A DNA stretch of 47,897 bases, filler included, from Catajapyx aquilonaris (GCA_000934665.2; 2 parts of 2 records of this genome joined end to end with filler, not necessarily neighbours in it), one strand, 5' to 3'; shown: positions 23,378-35,625, counted from the whole stretch's first letter. Made by a program: numbers and translations. Notes: generated from the sequence alone by a model not told the origin.

Positions 23378-23695
23378 AGTTATCCAAGGGTGTGTGGTAA
23401 TTGAGACAGGTAGTATCAGAATGTGAATTCTTTCAGGAAGCACCTAAAAGATAAATGTACACAAAATTGTGTCTCTGTGTATCCGAAATTGTGCAGGAGT
23501 TGTGGCAAGCAGTACTCAAATAAGGAAAATAATTGCTGCCGTAATAGCAATTACGGCCATCAGCCCAACAGTAGTTCTGGTAATAATATACCTAGGCCAA
23601 ATAGTGTTGCCTCCATATATCCAAGGCTGTGCGAGAGGTGTGGTAAGACGTACCAGAATAAGAGTTCATATAGTAACCATATGGAAAAAAAACAA
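23378..23695 (+). pseudogene. Three degenerate C2H2/C2HC zinc-finger-like repeats
   Basis: YPRVCGN*DR*YQNVNSFRKHLKDKC; YPKLCRSCGKQYSNKEN; YPRLCERCGKTYQNKSSYSNHMEKK. Confidence 0.6.
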
Positions 23696-23891
23696 TACAC
23701 TAATATGCAACCAATCACTGCCCTCAGCTTGATTACAATATCTCTCCGAATATTTCTGAAAGCCCACCCTCCACTATTAGTCAGAATGCTACAGAGATGG
23801 CAGTGCATGAAAATGAGGTGGTGACACACCCGAGGGAACAAGTTGATGATGTCCAGATTCTGAGGTTTGATTCATTTGATGACTTTATGAA

Positions 23892-23991
23892 NNNNNNNNN
23901 NNNNNNNNNNNNNNNNNNNNNNNNNNNNNNNNNNNTTAATTAATTAANNNNNNNNNNNNNNNNNNNNNNNNNNNNNNNNNNNNNNNNNNNN
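23892..23991. other. Artificial assembly linker with six-frame stop spacer
   Basis: 44 N + TTAATTAATTAA (23936-23947) + 44 N = exactly 100 bp. Confidence 0.95.
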
Positions 23992-24793
23992 TTTTCTTTG
24001 TTTCAAGGCAAAGGCGAAGGGACTCAGCCAGAGAAAACCGACATCCAGCACAACCATGTCCCATAGTAACGGAAATTAATGTAAAAATTGCAATTTATTA
24101 ACATTTTTTGTATTCATTGCGCCAAAATTATAAAATGAGCCTTTTTTGCCATGAATGCCACGCATTTCCTCTTCAGCACTGTTAGTCATCCCATTAGACA
24201 GTGTCTATTTAGATAACTCTGTTCATGCATCATTCTGGGACTGATTAGGGCCTATATTTGGCCCCATTGCGTACTTTCAAGGCGCACATGCGTTCCTTCA
24301 AATGCAATTATTTTCCTTAAATCAAAAAACTCCTCCTGAGATTTTTTTCTATGTCAGGGAAAGGGTCTGAGTTGCAACATATTTAAAAATCGGATTTTTA
24401 AATTAGGCGGATTTTCTTTTAAAAAAAATGTAAATTTTGAAAATGGGACAAAATTTTCAAAAAAGTCACAATACAAATTTTCAATCCTTAGTCAGATTGG
24501 GCTCTCGAATCTCTTCAAAGGGAGCGGTCTGCGACGTCTGTAGCTCAATTGGTTCACGAGATATGACCGATTTCTGAAACCCTACCTTCCGAAAAGGACG
24601 TTTTTTTTCGGTGGGCCTATCTCCGGGGAGGGGGGGTAAATCTCAAAACCGCGCAAATGGTATTTTGGAAAGACGTAATTAAAGCGATTCGCCGATTTTC
24701 GTCAAAATCTGACAACCCAAGGGTCAATTTTCCTTAAAAGCTCGGTGAATTGACATGGAATGACCCACTCAATTAAATATTTCAAGGGGTTAC

Positions 24794-24872
24794 CCACTCG
24801 ACTGTAAAGTGTACCAACTTCAAGGAGTACCTGGGAGTATCACTGCAGGTGTACACCGGAGTACTAAAGTGG
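24794..24872. mobile_element. Short copy of the TTAA-flanked element at 47018-47563
   Basis: CCACTCGACTGTAAAGTGTAC...CACTGCAGGTGTACACCGGAGTA...GTGG then TTAA. Confidence 0.7.
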
Positions 24873-26127
24873 TTAACAATTTGAATGAATTTTTTTACGT
24901 TACCCCGTGATAGGGCCTTCTAGGGGGGTGGAATACCACCACCACCCTTCAATATTTCTGTAGCCCATTAGAATATTTGATATCACCAGTAATTCCCGGC
25001 TGAATTTTTGTTCTAAAAATGTTCAAAATATATTTAAAAATGTGGTTAGGTTCTAAACCATGGTGCCAAAAACCACAGCAAACACCTGCACTTCTAGCCC
25101 AACCCCCAATGCAGTATCTCAACCCAATAATTTTTTGCTCCCATATCTACTCAAATATTAACAGGTGCTGCTCTATCCCTCTGCATAACTGCATAGGAAA
25201 AAAGGGGGTATTCCAAATACCTCCATTTTTTTTTTATCCAACCCAAGAAAGATCGATGTTTCAGATTCTGGCAGTACACACGAACCTCACGTGCCAAACA
25301 CCGCTGGGAGCAACCAAAAAACCCCTTGCATATTTCATCAATCTCCCCCAAGACTGAATAAACGCCTCTACCACCAGGGAACCCATAAACAATCCATCCC
25401 CATATACCCCCCCTACACCATATTCAATTAGCAGCATCCATGGTCGCGTGAATGAATGAATGAATGACTTCATTTTCTCTAATTGCCCGCTGTTTTCCGG
25501 ATAAATAGCTCGTCACCATTTCGATGCCTTTTCATAATTTTAGTACCAGAACCTCTGGTAAAAGCCACCGCCTCATTTGTCATTGTTGTTATTTTTCATG
25601 TGGTTGCCCNNNNNNNTCCCCCCCCCCCCCCCCCAAATTAGTGCTCGTTTCGCATAAACTATACCTGGAAATGACATTTTTTTTCGCCTTTTTGCTAATG
25701 AGCGACCTTGTACAGTACTGTATAGTAGCAGTAGGCGAGATGTAATTAAGGTTGTCCTGGACCCAGTTTTTGCTGCACTTGAGTTGTTCATGTCCGACGG
25801 AGCGAATTGCTGGGGCCTGAATGTGAATAATTGTGGGACCATGCGAGGCATGTGCGTAGCAGTTGTGAAACTCCCCTGAGGCGTCGAAGTTTCTGGGAAA
25901 TTATGCCACACATGCCTTAAATAGGATGGGGACGTGGGAGTTCACTTGTGCGGATACCTCGTGTATAGTGACGGTATTTCGCTTGAGATGGTACGGTACG
26001 GTGTACTGAGCAGTTGGAACAATGCATATTGAATTGAAAAAAATTTTTAGCATATTTTTGGTACATTTCATATTAATTCATGCGTGTCATCAACCTCATA
26101 CGTTAATTAAATTACTACACTTCAAAA

Positions 26128-26942
26128 ATTAGAAATAGAGAATATACATAAAATAGAAAATATGAAAAATAGAGAATAGATACTGTGTGTAAATAGAAAT
26201 AGGAAAATAGATACGGTATGTAAATAGAAATAGGAAAATAGATACTGTATTTGAATAGAAATAGGAAAATAGATGTATAAGTAGAAATATAAAAATAGAT
26301 GTATAAGTAGAAATATAAAATAGATATGTAAGTATAAATATAAAATAGGAAAATGAGATGTAAATAAAAAATAGAAAATAGATTTTCATCTATTATCTAT
26401 TTTTCCTCATTCCTATTTCGATTGAAAATCTATTTTCTATTTTTATTTACACATCTAATTTTCATATATCTAATTTTCATATTTTCCTACTTCCACTTAC
26501 ATATCTATTTTCATATTTTCCTACTTCTACTTACATATCTATTTTCCTATTTTCCTACTTATACTTACATATCTATTTTTTATTTGCCCTATTTTCTATT
26601 ACTATTTACATATATATTTTCTATTTGTCCTACTTTCTATTTCTATTTACATACCTATTTTCTTTTTCTATTTACATACCTATTTTCTAGTTCATTGACA
26701 TAATTATGTCAATGAACTAGAAAATAGAAATATAAAATAGAACAAATAGAAAATAGATGTGTAACTAGAAGTAGAAAATAGGACAAATAGGACAAATAGT
26801 TATGTAAATAAAAATAGACCATAGATATGTTAATAAAATATGAATTAGGGCAAATAGAAAATAGTTATAAGTATAAATAGAAAATGGATACATAAATAGA
26901 AACAGAAAACTGATACATAAATAGAAATGGAAAATAGAAAAA
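26128..26942. repeat. AT-rich AAATAG-based minisatellite with two orientation flips
   Basis: AAATAG blocks 26128-26382, CTATTT blocks ~26383-26690, AAATAG again 26717-26942; perfect palindrome 26680-26727. Confidence 0.85.
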
Positions 26943-27516
26943 TTATCGCGACATTTTCCCAAAATATTCAGAAAATAGTGCAATAAGGTGGAATTAAATT
27001 TATGACACATTGCAATTCAGGTTTTTCCAGATTTATGGGACAAACGTTCATTACGCTGAATTCATGTAAAAATAATACGGCATTGAACCGGATTTGTTCT
27101 GATAAATATATCACGTGGGTATATTGTTATTTTAGATACAGTAGTGATGTACAAAATATCCATATGAAGTTGATTAAATTTATTTATTTATTTCCCCCCA
27201 AAATAGTTGATTGAATTCATATCGTTGTCTTCATGTATTTACAATGATTTAATTTGCTGTATTCAATTACACCAGGCATTGTATGCTACAAAAATAGGCC
27301 TAGTGTGTTATTCAATACCCGTTATGTATGGCATGTGTCACGGTACTATTGATATACCGGTAACCAAATTTATTATTCATTGCATATGTACTATGAAATG
27401 CTCAAAAGACAATAGTCATGTTATAAGAATACGATTTTGCTACCTTGAGAACATACGCTCAATATGTTCATACCCCCCCCCCCCCCCAAAGGAAAGAAAA
27501 TCACTGGTAACCTTAC

Positions 27517-27607
27517 CTTTCTCGGCGAACGACGAGATGACAATGAGATGTACCACAATGGCAAGTCCTAGCAGCGAAAAGGTCCTAGAAAGCACCCACT
27601 GGACCAT
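27517..27607 (-). CDS. First coding exon of a probable secreted/membrane protein (signal peptide)
   Basis: Kozak GCCATGG; MVQWVLSRTFSLLGLAIVVHLIVISSFAEK + G, then phase-1 donor AAG|GTAAGG at 27516. Confidence 0.65.
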
Positions 27608-27852
27608 GGCTATCGAATTGTTGCTACTACTGCTGTGGCTGGCAGCCAAAGTGCCCAGAAACATTTGGGGGAGGTTCGCACCAACCCCTTGGAAGAAGTA
27701 ACCCAACACACTCACACACACTCAGCCTCCTTCTTCTTCCATTCTTTCCATTCCGTCTTCAATAGAACACGTTGTCCTCTTCAACCAAAAACACACGCGC
27801 GCACAAAAAATATAGCTTTGGAAACAACGACTATTGTACGACACCACGGATG

Positions 27853-27897
27853 AAGTGACGTCAATAGCCTGCTAGCTGTGCAACAGCCCCTTTATAG
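27853..27897 (-). promoter_or_regulatory. Candidate Pol II core promoter for the 27607 exon
   Basis: CTATAAAGGGG on the - strand (27887-27897); Inr-like CTATT ~30 nt downstream; palindromic TGACGTCA (CRE) at 27856-27863. Confidence 0.5.
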
Positions 27898-27964
27898 CCG
27901 CAATAAACGGATAATGAGCTGGTGTTATTATTCGCGTTCTTTGGCCTCCAACAGAAAGGAAAGC

Positions 27965-28516
27965 GTGTCTCGACAGATCTGAACAGGTCTCGACAGGTTC
28001 AAGCAGGTTTCGACCGATCCGAGCAGGTTTCGACAAGTCCGGACAGGTCTGATCAGGTCCGGGCACGTTTAGGGCAGGCCCGAGCAGGTTTAGGGCAGGC
28101 CCAAGCAGGTTTAGGGCAGGTCCGAGCAGGTCTCGACAGATCCGAGCAGGTTTAGACAGGTCCGGTCAAGTTTAGGCCAGGCCCTAGCAGGTTTAGACAG
28201 GTCAGGGCACGTTTAGGGCACGTTTAGGGCAGGCCCAAACAGGTCTCGACAGGCCCAATCCAGTTCGGGCAGGTCCGGGCAGGTTTCGACAGGCCCGGGC
28301 AGATCTCGCCAAGTCCGGACAGGTCTGGTCAGGCCCGGGCACGTTTAGGGCAGGCCCGAGCAGGTTTCTACAAGTCCGGGCACGTCCGGGCACGTTTAGG
28401 GCAGGCCCAAATAGGTCTCGCCAGGCCCGGGCAGGTCTCGGCAAGTCCGGGCAGGTCTGGTCCGGGCTAGTTTAGGGCAGGCCCGAGATGGTTTCGACAG
28501 GTCCGGACAGGTCTAG
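27965..28516. repeat. 10-bp-period GC-rich minisatellite (CAGGTCTCGA/CAGGTTTAGG/CAGGCCCGAG variants)
   Basis: Clear decamer periodicity; related array in opposite orientation at 45220-45870. Confidence 0.9.
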
Positions 28517-29169
28517 TGCGTCTCTTACGACCGATAGTACATCGTGGTCGCGCATATAGCCTATAGAAATCCGCACACGCAACTGTTGAGGTCACTATTG
28601 GCCAGTAACATCCCAAAGGAATCAATTCCACGTAGTCCTTCACGTGCAACTGGTATCCACCCTCACATGGTACCTGCAAAAAAATGGGTTACATTAGATC
28701 AACGCAATGACACGTCTATTCCTAGACACTAATTGATGTTCGACTTCCGGGCAGGTGACGTTACACACACAAAAAAAAAGATGGCGCGGAAGTCGAATTG
28801 GGTTACGGCAGGTCAAAGGCTCGCGTGGGGTTTGCAAAAATAGGAACCTGTCCCTCGTAAGTCTGTTTCTACATCCGTTTGGTACGACGTCGAGGATTGG
28901 AACTGTCATTTTGGGTACCGGAGCATCAGCGGAAGTGTAAATCTAGGATCCAGCCTGCTGTGCACGGGCCACGGATTATATTCGACGTGGGGGTGCGGAT
29001 ATGGGGACTTGGGGGCATGGTTCCAAAAATGGAACCAGGCCTGCATGGTCCCAAAAAAAATTTCGTAATATGATTGGTCGGTGGAACATACTGTCTGCTA
29101 TAAAAATTTTAATCGACATTTCAACTGCCTAATAAATTCAAAATTTTAAAAAAATGTTACACATGTGTT

Positions 29170-30272
29170 ATCAAACGAAATTCGATGTTCGACGATATAT
29201 TGAAGTTAATGACGATTGGTTTGTAGAACAATCTGCTATAAAACATTTTAATCACCATTTCAATTAGTATTTAATAAATTGACAAAATTTTGAACTGTTT
29301 TGAACACACTTACAGTATTATCAAGACAAGATTCGATGTTCGACGATAAGTTATCGATATTCAACGATAGATCGAAGTTATCGATATTTGACGATATATT
29401 GAAATAAACTATATACCGTACAATGATATATTGAAATAAACGATATACCGCACAATGATATATTGAAATAAACGATATACCGCACAATGATATATTGAAA
29501 TAAACGATATACCGTACAATGATATCTTGAAATTAACGATATATCATACAATGATATAAACGATATAGGCCTACCTTATAATGAATGATTTAAATTAACG
29601 ACATTCAACGATAGATTGAAATTAACGCTATTAGACGATACATCGACGTTAACGATGTTCAACTGTACTATGGGGCTCAAATTGTTTAGGCCACTTTATC
29701 CTGGTCTTGAAGCTACCCTTCGCACAGGCCCCATGTTGAGCAGGTGTGCATGTGTGTGAAGGGTTGCTTCAAGACCAGGATAAAGTGTCCAAAACAATTT
29801 GAGCCCCATAGTACATCTAAGTTAATATTCGACGATATATCATATCGAAATTAATGACATTTGATGCGATTGAAGTTAACAATGTTCGACGATATATCAT
29901 ATCGAAATTAATGACATTTGATGCGATTGAAGTTAACAATGTTCGACGATATATCATATCGAAATTAATGACATTTGATGCGATTGAAGTTAACAATGTT
30001 CGACGATAGGTCGAACCTATCGATATTTGACGATATATTAAAATTAACGATATTCCGTACAATGATAGATTGAAATTAACGATATTCAACGATACATAGA
30101 AGTTAACGATATTTGACGATATATTGAAATGAACTATTTTCGGCGATATATCGAAGTTAACGATATTTGACGATACATAGAAGTTAACGATATTTGACGA
30201 TACATAGAAGTTAACGATATTTGACGATACATAGAAGTTAACGATGTTAGACGATAGATCGCTTTAACGATA
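29170..30272. repeat. Tandem array (27-33 and ~59-bp units, TTAACGATAT core) interrupted by a MITE
   Basis: AAGTTAACGATATTTGACGATACATAG repeated at ~30160-30245; three near-identical ~59-bp units at 29820-30000. Confidence 0.85.
29668..29811. mobile_element. 144-bp Tc1/mariner-type MITE, TA TSD
   Basis: TA|CTATGGGGCTCAAATTGTT...AACAATTTGAGCCCCATAG|TA; second copy at 47116-47259. Confidence 0.9.
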
Positions 30273-30816
30273 TTACTGCTAACTAGGACTTCCTAGATAT
30301 TCACTTACTGATCGCCTAATATATAATGCAGGTCCACTACGGGCAAAATTACAGAACCTCATGTGTGGCGGGCTCCCAAAATATTCGTGTCACGTTTTCG
30401 GTGTGCGAAAGCGGAACGCACGCAACTCGTTTGGCCCCCTGGGATGATGAGCCAATTTATTATCACTGTCTACCAACGTCAATCAAAGTCTTCCGGTGCC
30501 TCCCCAATGAAGTGTGACAAATCTTGGTAAAGTGTCGTGCCATCTTTTTTCGGGGGAGGGGGGGGGGTGCTCAAGGAAGTCTCCGTCATGTTTAAAGACA
30601 AGTTGGAACTGTGTCAAAAAACTAGGGTGTATTTTAAAAATTTCGGTTGTAATTGTGACATGTCTCATGCCGAGGCTCGTGTATGTTTTTTTTTCCGGTT
30701 TCTGACATGCACGGTTGGCCATTTGAAACCGAAATTAAGCCACTCGTGCGCCATTCTGCAAATCTGATATTGCACAAAATATCGCAAGTACTACGTGGAA
30801 TAGTGAGTGACCACTA

Positions 30817-30963
30817 AAGTCCTTTAAGCGAAAGAACTATCTGACGTCACTACAGCCGTTTTCTGCGCATGCGCAGTAGTAGGCTTGCAGAGAGGATGTC
30901 GGCGATATGATTGGAAGGGAAAGACGGGCGTGACGTCACATCTTTCTTTGGCTTAACGGACTG
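30817..30963. mobile_element. 147-bp MITE, TA flanks
   Basis: Imperfect TIR AGTCCTTTAAGCGAAAGAA..TGACGTCAC / GTGACGTCACATCTTTCTTTGGCTTAACGGACTG. Confidence 0.75.
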
Positions 30964-31464
30964 TATGCAGAATTATTATCAAAATAAGGCTGAAAATATT
31001 GGCAAGAATATTTATTTACTTGTTATTTATTTAATTGAATAAGTACATTTATTAAATTTTATTTTCGCCTTTTAAATGGAGATGTACTCTGAGAAATTTA
31101 TGTAAATTTATTTATTTTATTCAAATAGATTTTTTTATAATTTCTAGCAAATGAATGTTGTAAAAATACTGCAAACAGCATTATGCCAAATATTTACTAA
31201 ATTAAATTTTTTGGGCATATTTAAAGGTGGAAATTCTCTCAGATTTTGTCACTTTGTTTATTTTACTCATATTTTATTTTAAAGAAATTAATGGATAAAT
31301 ACAAAATGTAGTTCATAATTGGAAAATGCAAAATGAACATAATGAATGCATGAATTAAGTAATAATGTGTAGGCCTAATATACTGGTAATGTAAAGAAAA
31401 ATTAAAATGTAAAATATAAAATAAACAACCAGATAAATAAATAATGCACACTATAATAAATCAA

Positions 31465-31970
31465 TACTGGAAAATAAAATAAATATAAATAATGGAAAAT
31501 AAAATATCTAAATAATGGAATATACAGTAAATAAATAAATAATGGAAAATAAAATATCTAAATAATGGAATATACAGTAAATAAATAAATAATGGAAAAT
31601 AAAATATCTAAATAATGGAATATACAGTAAATAAATAAATAATGGAAAATAAAATATCTAAATAATGGAATATACAGTAAATAAATAAATAATGGAATAT
31701 ACAGTAAGTAAATAAATAATGGAAAATAAAATAAATATAAATAATGGAAAAATATCTACATAATGGAAAATACAGTAAATAAATAAATAATGGAAAATAT
31801 AAAGACAAATAAACAAACAAACAAGTAAATAAATAATGAAATAAATAAATAATGTAAAATATACCGATAATCGTGTATAAACGAGCAAATAAAAATATAA
31901 AATAACCAACGAAATAAATAAATAACGGAAAATATATGAACAAACAATTAAATAAATAAATAAATAAATA
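31465..31970. repeat. AT-rich ~49-bp minisatellite
   Basis: AATAATGGAAAATAAAATATCTAAATAATGGAATATACAGTAAATAAAT, about 4 near-exact copies plus decayed ones. Confidence 0.9.
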
Positions 31971-32961
31971 CACTGCCATGAATTCTTCAGAGCAGTTCAT
32001 CCTTTAAAGGGACCAAAACCAACGAATGGGAACTTCTTGGAGGCCCATGTTCCCTACCGAGTTCCCTGAAACTTTATCTCATGTCTGCAATCTGAGAAGT
32101 GTTCCAAAAAGGCGGTTCCAACGTGGAAAAGCAAGCGGGGCGGATACAAACCGTCATTCGGATGGATGCATTTGGCGGTCGTCACCTGCTAAGATCAGTT
32201 AGTTTCTTTTAATAGTGATGGGAGTTCCCCCCAGATTCCCAACTGTGACTTGGAGAGGTGAGTACTAACCTTCTACTAAAGTGGAGGGAGGCTTTTCTTT
32301 GTCTGTCGACAACTCGTTTGCAAATCGGATGGATCTTAAGCCTTGTTTTTGGCTGCCAAGGAGGGGTTACTTGCTAAGTAGGGATCTAGAAAGTGTCATG
32401 TAGTTCCCCCCAGAAGGAGATGTTTTAAATATTTAAACAAATTTTCCATTCTTAGCGGTGTAATTATACACTTCCTGAAGGGCTCAGAAGGCGACACGAA
32501 ACGTGAGGTGTACACGGAAACCTGCTATTTATAGTCCTACTCTTCAATTTTGCAACGTGTTAATTCAACCGCTTATTATGTTACTCCAGGCGTTAATGAC
32601 ACCAGTACAGTATTTTGCAAAAAAAAAATTTGTCTTTGTGAAAAAAAGTGGTATTTACGTTTCCAAAATGAAACTGGACTATTATGCTGTGTAGTTATAC
32701 ACATCACTGCTCTTTGTCCGAGCGTTGTTGTCTTTGCTTCGGGGCGTTTTTCTGTTGTGTATAATGCGAGGGCTGAAAAAACAAACCTCTCTACTTTTTC
32801 ATAGTTGGTTCAGTTTAAATGTCTAATGGTGTAATCACTGTAATGTATGAAGGTGTTTAAAAATATGTGAATGTTACTGAAAAGGCCATATCAATGGGTT
32901 ACCCACTCTTCTAAACAGGGTACATCATGATTACCATAAATTACCTTATTATTACCCTAGA

Positions 32962-33580
32962 TCTGCCGTCCCAAGAAGAAACACCCTAACTACAAAACTA
33001 GTAAGGGTGAAAGTCGCGTGCATGCACTGCAATAATCCCACCTGGCCAAGTGCAGGGCATGCACGCGACTTTCACCCTTACTGGTTTTGTAGTTAGTGTG
33101 TTTCTCCTTGTGACGGCAGAGATTACCTTATAATTATTATAAGGTAATCTCTGCCGTCACTACACTCTTAACCATTTACCTTCTCTAGAGAGGGTAAGAA
33201 AGTGGCCATTTTTACCTTACATTGTAGGCCCTTTTTTACCCTCTATTTTCTAAGGTAATACATGCAAAATTTACCTTAGAATCAATTTACCCAAGAATAT
33301 TTACCTTACAATGTAAGGTAAAAAATGGCCACTTTCTTACCCTCTTTAGAGAAGGTAAATGGTTAAGAGTGTACTTTCACCTGGTTTTGTAGTTAGTGTG
33401 TTTCTCCGTGTGACGGCAGAGATTACCTTATAATAATTATAAGGTAATATCTGCCGTCACAAGGAGAAACACACTAACTACAAAACGAGTAAGGGTGAAA
33501 GTCGCGTGCATGCCCTGCACTGGCCCAAAGGGGATTATAGCAGTGCATGCACACGACTTTCACCCTTACTAGTTTTGTAT
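32962..33580. mobile_element. Three tandem copies of a ~160-bp palindromic element separated by palindromic spacers
   Basis: TCTGCCGTC...GACGGCAGA at 32962-33120, ~33150-33420 (deleted, interrupted) and ~33450-33580; spacers GATTACCTTATAA..TTATAAGGTAAT. Confidence 0.8.
33163..33371. mobile_element. EnSpm-type MITE (CACTCTTAACC termini), TA flanks
   Basis: Long TIRs CACTCTTAACCATTTACCTTCTCT...; internal TTACC repeats; other copies at 38608 and 47290. Confidence 0.9.
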
Positions 33581-34654
33581 TACCCTAGACCTGCCTTATA
33601 CTTACCTTATAATTACCCTAGATGTACCTTATGATTACCTATGATTATCCAGATTACCTTATAATAATATAATCATATAATATTACCGTATGATTAACTT
33701 GTTATTTTCTATGATTACGTATACAATGATTATCATGATTACCTATGATTGCTGCATGATTACCAGAATTACCAAACGAAATGTATATACTACATTACCA
33801 TAGTGGGGAACATCTCGGGTCATATGTTCATCAGTTGCTACTACTACAAAATTAATTTGCCTCATGATATGTACACTATCGATACTTATGTTTAAAAAAT
33901 TCAATCAATCTCATTCTAAAATAGTTAAGCGATACTACAGTTTCAAATGCAGTTTGAACGCCTGATAAGCCTTGCATACTGGCCCATTATGTGGCGTCAA
34001 CATTTCCACCGCAACTACAGCCATTTGCAATTGATTTTGTGTAAATTATCTGGGAATAGGTCTAGGTGCCACGTTGCCCTATGGTTACGCTATTTGAAAA
34101 AATCCGTCAGGTGTTTATGACCCACCCGTTACAACTTCTTATACCGGACATCACAAATCATTTTTTTCAGTCGATACGACGATACTAATTCATCGGCCTT
34201 TACGGTCCTACAACCACCATTCACCTATGCAAACGTTATAAATAATACATCAGAGTCTCACCTCGACAACTAGGTAAAAAATTCCACATAAAAAAGGTCA
34301 ATCGATCTTATCACATGATGTCACACCATATTCTCCATGCCCTGATATCGATCTCGAAGAGCTGTCATGCACAAACTTTTCTTTTCTTCTCCACTATGTT
34401 CATATCCGGAACTCAGGTGTACACAAGAGTCCTTTTGATTCCCCGCAGTCATGAAACCTGGGAAGCCCGGATCTCCCTACAGTATGGCACCCTCCTCCCG
34501 AACTACTAGGATCGGGTGTTTATCTTCTATCATGGAAGTGAAGGGAGGCCGCATTTCTCCACTGTTTGTTTTCTATTAAGTGAGAAGGCCCACTTGAAGT
34601 AAACCGGGGCCTTACTAGGTGCCCTTGTTCCTCCAGATATGATTACACCTCCGG

Positions 34655-35625
34655 CGATAGATGATAGTATCGCAATCTGGGTCAAGGCGCTCTTCTACGT
34701 ATGATCTCTATGAAGAAGCATCATGTTACATTTAAAATATTTATTTATATAAATTAATGAAAATAAAGTCTCACGGAACGAGTGCGCCGAGTAGTATGTT
34801 GATGATAGTATCGAAATCCGCTCAAGGCGCTGTTTCTTCTATGAGGATGCATCATATTGTAGCATCAGAATATTTTTTATGAATCAGTGTTTCATTGAAC
34901 CGGTTGTGCCCAGAATCTGTTTGTTTAGACAAACTCTCCAATGACAGATGATAGTATCGAAATCTGAGTCAAGAGGCTCAATTCCACATATTCTACGAGA
35001 TCTACCATTTGTACTTGTACTAATTTTTCGTAGACTGGTTAAGTAAGCCGAGAAGCAATTTGTGTACCTCACTCCAATTCAATAGTATCGTCCAGCCAGG
35101 TGTTTCACATTTTGATTATTTTTATAATATTTAAAAATTATTAGTTAGTTTAGGAATGAACCAAAATAATGTCTCATTGAACCAGTTGAGCTGAGAATCA
35201 GTTTGTTTACCCCATACCCCACGCCAATTTGATAGTATCGTCAGGCATGTGTTTCACCTTTTAATTTATATTATATTTTACATCATTTTAATATGATTAG
35301 TTAGTTTAGAATAAACCAAAATATTGACTTCATTGAACAAGTTACGAATCTGTTGGTTTACCTCCAATCTGATAGTATCGTCCAGGCAGGTGTTTCACCT
35401 TTTATTTTTATCATTTAATTAGTTTAGAAATGGATCAAAACAATGTGTTTTTGAACCAGTTCAGCCGATAAGCAGATTGTTTACCCCCTCCCCCCCAACT
35501 CGATGGTATCGTCCAGTAAGGTGTTTCGCATGGTATTTTTAAAGTTTTTGTCATATCAGTGTAGAAATGGATCAAAACAATGTGTTTTTGAACCAGTTCA
35601 GCCGATAAGCAGATTGTTTACCCCN
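34655..35625. repeat. Degenerate tandem repeat of ~130-145 bp (GATAGTATCG core)
   Basis: GATAGTATCG-like core recurs near 34662, 34804, 34949, 35082, 35231, 35371 and 35502 with shared flanks. Confidence 0.75.

Noticed and set aside
1..23891. Single giant autonomous transposon, Helitron or virus
   Set aside because: No enclosing termini, Rep/helicase, polymerase or capsid ORF seen, and the pieces come from incompatible superfamilies. Not fully excluded because both ends are outside the visible contig.
24300..24766. DNA-transposon end (...GACATGGAATGACCC)
   Set aside because: Looks like a TIR, but no partner or TSD found in the window.
25665..25892. Exon 2 of the signal-peptide gene (- strand, ETSTPQG...SFP)
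   Set aside because: Phase-compatible, but splice sites are weak and the peptide is unrecognisable; needs RNA data.
27965..30272. CRISPR-like arrays
   Set aside because: Contiguous tandem repeats without unique spacers; eukaryotic context; no cas genes.
26129..32000. F/Y/I-rich ORFs resembling membrane proteins (26129, 26422, 31608 etc.)
   Set aside because: Translations of AT-rich minisatellites.
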